The notes below the pieces were generated by a model. The model saw nothing but the letters and a program-made list of their open reading frames with translations, was not told the origin of the DNA and searched no databases. Below, piece by piece: positions 47,745-50,090 of a stretch of DNA of 50,090 nucleotides. The position numbers were made by a program, and so were the translations under genes. How positions within the stretch are numbered: the stretch's first letter is position 1; each line of letters starts with the position of its first letter. This stretch comes from Deltaproteobacteria bacterium (GTDB lineage: Bacteria; Desulfobacterota; JAJRXV01): assembly GCA_024275075.1 (NCBI GenBank), contig JAJRZU010000050.1:1-50090 (forward strand), written 5' to 3'.

Positions 47745-49277
47745 ATGGACAGAAAAAGGATTCTAATTGCTGATGAGGACCAGAAGCTTATCGTTCAATT
47801 GAAGGATATGCTTGTACCGATGGGCTATAAAGTCAGCACGGCGATCGACGGGGCGACCGCTCTGCAAAAAGCCCTTAACCTGCGCCCTGACCTGATCATC
47901 ATGGAGATGGACATGAGCATCATAAGCGGCGCTAAGATAGCTCAGATCCTGCGGACAAACCCCCGTACAGCGGAGACTTGCATCTACTTTTTAGATTCAG
48001 AGCGGGTGGAGATAGAGTCATTTGACGAAGAGAGAGACGTCTTCATACAAAAGCCGATAAATTACGGTAATTTAGTCTTAATGATAGATTCTTTCTTTAA
48101 AGGACAGGGCAAGAAGGAGGAGGCCTCTATTCTGGGGGAGGAACTCTCTGGCCACCTTTCCCAGATATCGCTCATTGACCTTCTCCAGGTATTCAGCATG
48201 AACAAGAAGAGCGGGCAGCTTGTCATAAACTATAATAATGGCAACGCTATCGTCTTCATCAAGGACGGCAATATAATCAACGTGCAAGTGGATGATATCG
48301 AAGGGGATAAGGCGTTCTACCGGCTTTTGACCCTGAAAGAGGAGCACTTTAATTTTATACCAGAGGGTTTTGTCGTCGGTTCTGATGATATCCCCCCAAA
48401 GATATTCAGGAAAACCGACTCGCTTTTGATGGAGGGGTTAAGGCAGCTCGACGAATGGAAGAAGATGGAGAGCAACCTGCCGGCATTAAGCACAACGGTC
48501 AAGCTTAACGTCGATCCAAGCACCCTGGCCAAAGGCATAAAACCTATTACAAAAGAGATATTCTCTTTGATGGACTACTACAACAGCGTCAAAGATATTG
48601 TAGATCATTGCTCTTTTAGTGATTTCGAGGCGCTCAAGTCCATTTTTGTATTACTGCAAAAAGGGGTCATTCAGGTGGTCTCTACCGATACGGCGGCAGA
48701 GGAGGGGAAGTCGTTCCTGTTGACCTCTGACCAGTTAGTATCAATCAAGAAGCGGATACTTGAGACAAGGGGATTCAAATCGAACAAGAAGTTCGGGAAG
48801 ATATTAGTCATCGGTGACGAGTACCGTACATTAAAGCGATTTGTCAAGACATTTTCACGTCTTAAAGAGTTTAAAATTAACAGGCAGAATTTAGGTTCTT
48901 CGCATGAAAAGGTATTGATAAGTATTATCGGTACGTTAAAACTCACCGATGGGCTGAACCTGCTCTTTTACTCCATGCCTGTCGCCGACAGCTTCAAACC
49001 GGTCTGGAACATCTTCTCAAAGGATATTATCGATGTGCTTTTGCTGCTGCCGCAAAAAGAGGCGGATGATACGCAAAGCCTGTCAAGCGCGAGCGGCTTT
49101 TTCTACAAGCATTTCGGCAAGGTAGTGAAACCGGTGCTGATAACTGACGACCCGGTAACAGACGGTGAATTGTCTAAGGTAAAGCGAGAGTATGATCTAA
49201 ACAGCGTCTTCACATATAATATTAACGAGAAGCAGGGCGTAAATGACTTCTTCGTCGATCTGTTTACGAAGTCGTAA
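47745..49277 (+). CDS. Pseudo-receiver + DUF4388 + degenerate small-GTPase-like domain protein
   Basis: Receiver domain ILIADE...PDLIIME...FIQKP; LSGHLSQISLIDLLQVFSMNKKSG (DUF4388); LLMEGLRQLDEW. Confidence 0.8.
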   Translation: MDRKRILIADEDQKLIVQLKDMLVPMGYKVSTAIDGATALQKALNLRPDLIIMEMDMSIISGAKIAQILRTNPRTAETCIYFLDSERVEIESFDEERDVFIQKPINYGNLVLMIDSFFKGQGKKEEASILGEELSGHLSQISLIDLLQVFSMNKKSGQLVINYNNGNAIVFIKDGNIINVQVDDIEGDKAFYRLLTLKEEHFNFIPEGFVVGSDDIPPKIFRKTDSLLMEGLRQLDEWKKMESNLPALSTTVKLNVDPSTLAKGIKPITKEIFSLMDYYNSVKDIVDHCSFSDFEALKSIFVLLQKGVIQVVSTDTAAEEGKSFLLTSDQLVSIKKRILETRGFKSNKKFGKILVIGDEYRTLKRFVKTFSRLKEFKINRQNLGSSHEKVLISIIGTLKLTDGLNLLFYSMPVADSFKPVWNIFSKDIIDVLLLLPQKEADDTQSLSSASGFFYKHFGKVVKPVLITDDPVTDGELSKVKREYDLNSVFTYNINEKQGVNDFFVDLFTKS

Positions 49278-49279
49278 GT

Positions 49280-49321
49280 GAATAAATTAGCCCGCAAAAA
49301 AAACAGGTGCGCCTGTTAAAC
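49280..49321 (+). repeat. Family A, 3' module only
   Basis: AATTAGCCCGCAAAAAAAACAGGTGCGCCTGTTAAAC, immediately before the PHP gene RBS. Confidence 0.7.
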
Positions 49322-49333
49322 ATTGAGGTGAAT

Positions 49334-49978
49334 ATGATCGATCTGCATACACATTCTTTTTTCAGCGACGGTGAACTGATACCAAGCGAACTTGTAAGGC
49401 GCGCCGAGGATACCGGTTATACGACGATCGCCATTACAGACCATGTCGATATCTCAAATTATGACTTTGTCGTACCAAGGCTCGCCAAAGCGGCCAAGGC
49501 GTTAAACGGCGCCGGCGGCATCAGGGTGATACCCGGTGCGGAGATCACGCACGTACCACCGGCTCTGATAAAGGGGCTCGCGGATTCGGTGCGGGCGCTC
49601 GGCGCGAAGCTTGTCATCGTACATGGCGAGACGATCGCGGAACCGGTTATTACCGGTACTAATCTTGCCGCCGTGGGCTCGGATATCGATATCCTCGCGC
49701 ACCCAGGGCTCGTTGACGACGAGACATGCGAAATAGCATCCACGAGAGGGATCCACTTTGAGATATCCGCGCGCAAAGGCCACTGCCTGACGAACGGACA
49801 TGTCGCGAAGATGGCATTGAAACACAACATAAAACTGGTGATAAACAGCGACACTCATTCTCCTTTTGATCTTCTGACCATACAAAAAGCGAAAAAGACG
49901 CTCAAAGGCACCGGTATCAGTGAGGATAAGATAGACGGCATAATCAACAATTCGAAGACTCTTGTCAGCAGACTGTAG
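49334..49978 (+). CDS. PHP-family phosphoesterase (histidinol-phosphatase-like)
   Basis: DLHTHS, TDH, GAEITH, VHGE, AHPG and SDTH motifs; RBS GAGGTG. Confidence 0.9.
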   Translation: MIDLHTHSFFSDGELIPSELVRRAEDTGYTTIAITDHVDISNYDFVVPRLAKAAKALNGAGGIRVIPGAEITHVPPALIKGLADSVRALGAKLVIVHGETIAEPVITGTNLAAVGSDIDILAHPGLVDDETCEIASTRGIHFEISARKGHCLTNGHVAKMALKHNIKLVINSDTHSPFDLLTIQKAKKTLKGTGISEDKIDGIINNSKTLVSRL

Positions 49979-50090
49979 GGGATACGTCACTTACTATATA
50001 ACTATATAACAAGCCGCCATGTAAAGTGAGCAGTTTTACGTCATGCTCAGGACAAAATCCGGCAACCTTCGTCGCAATGCGCGATTCTTG

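Overview
Bacterial chromosomal window. Gene content and order resemble Desulfobacterota/deltaproteobacteria; this is an inference, not a taxonomic assignment. It is mostly core and signalling genes: TPR/DUF1844, a MopE-repeat lipoprotein, LPS glycosyltransferases, deoB, dut, metG-ricT-holB-plsC, miaB, a cheA-cheW-mcp-cheR-cheB cluster, and a trehalose/osmostress operon (DUF5752-treT-otsB-mscS-otsA). It also holds a HAMP + multiheme cytochrome c + three TlpA + degenerate GGDEF + dusB operon. No rRNA, tRNA, CRISPR-Cas or intact transposase was recognised. Main oddities: (1) a CheA with two Hpt domains, the first interrupted by an 8-Cys two-CW-like insert; (2) a cytochrome with 11 CxxCH and 1 CxxCK motif, co-transcribed with three TlpA paralogues and a catalytically dead GGDEF protein; (3) two genes of one operon each split by a single in-frame stop (TAG in a HEAT protein, TAA in a SPASM protein); (4) several small non-autonomous repeat families, including a 130-bp MITE with 3-bp target duplications at stop codons and an orientation-biased hairpin element in 5' leaders.
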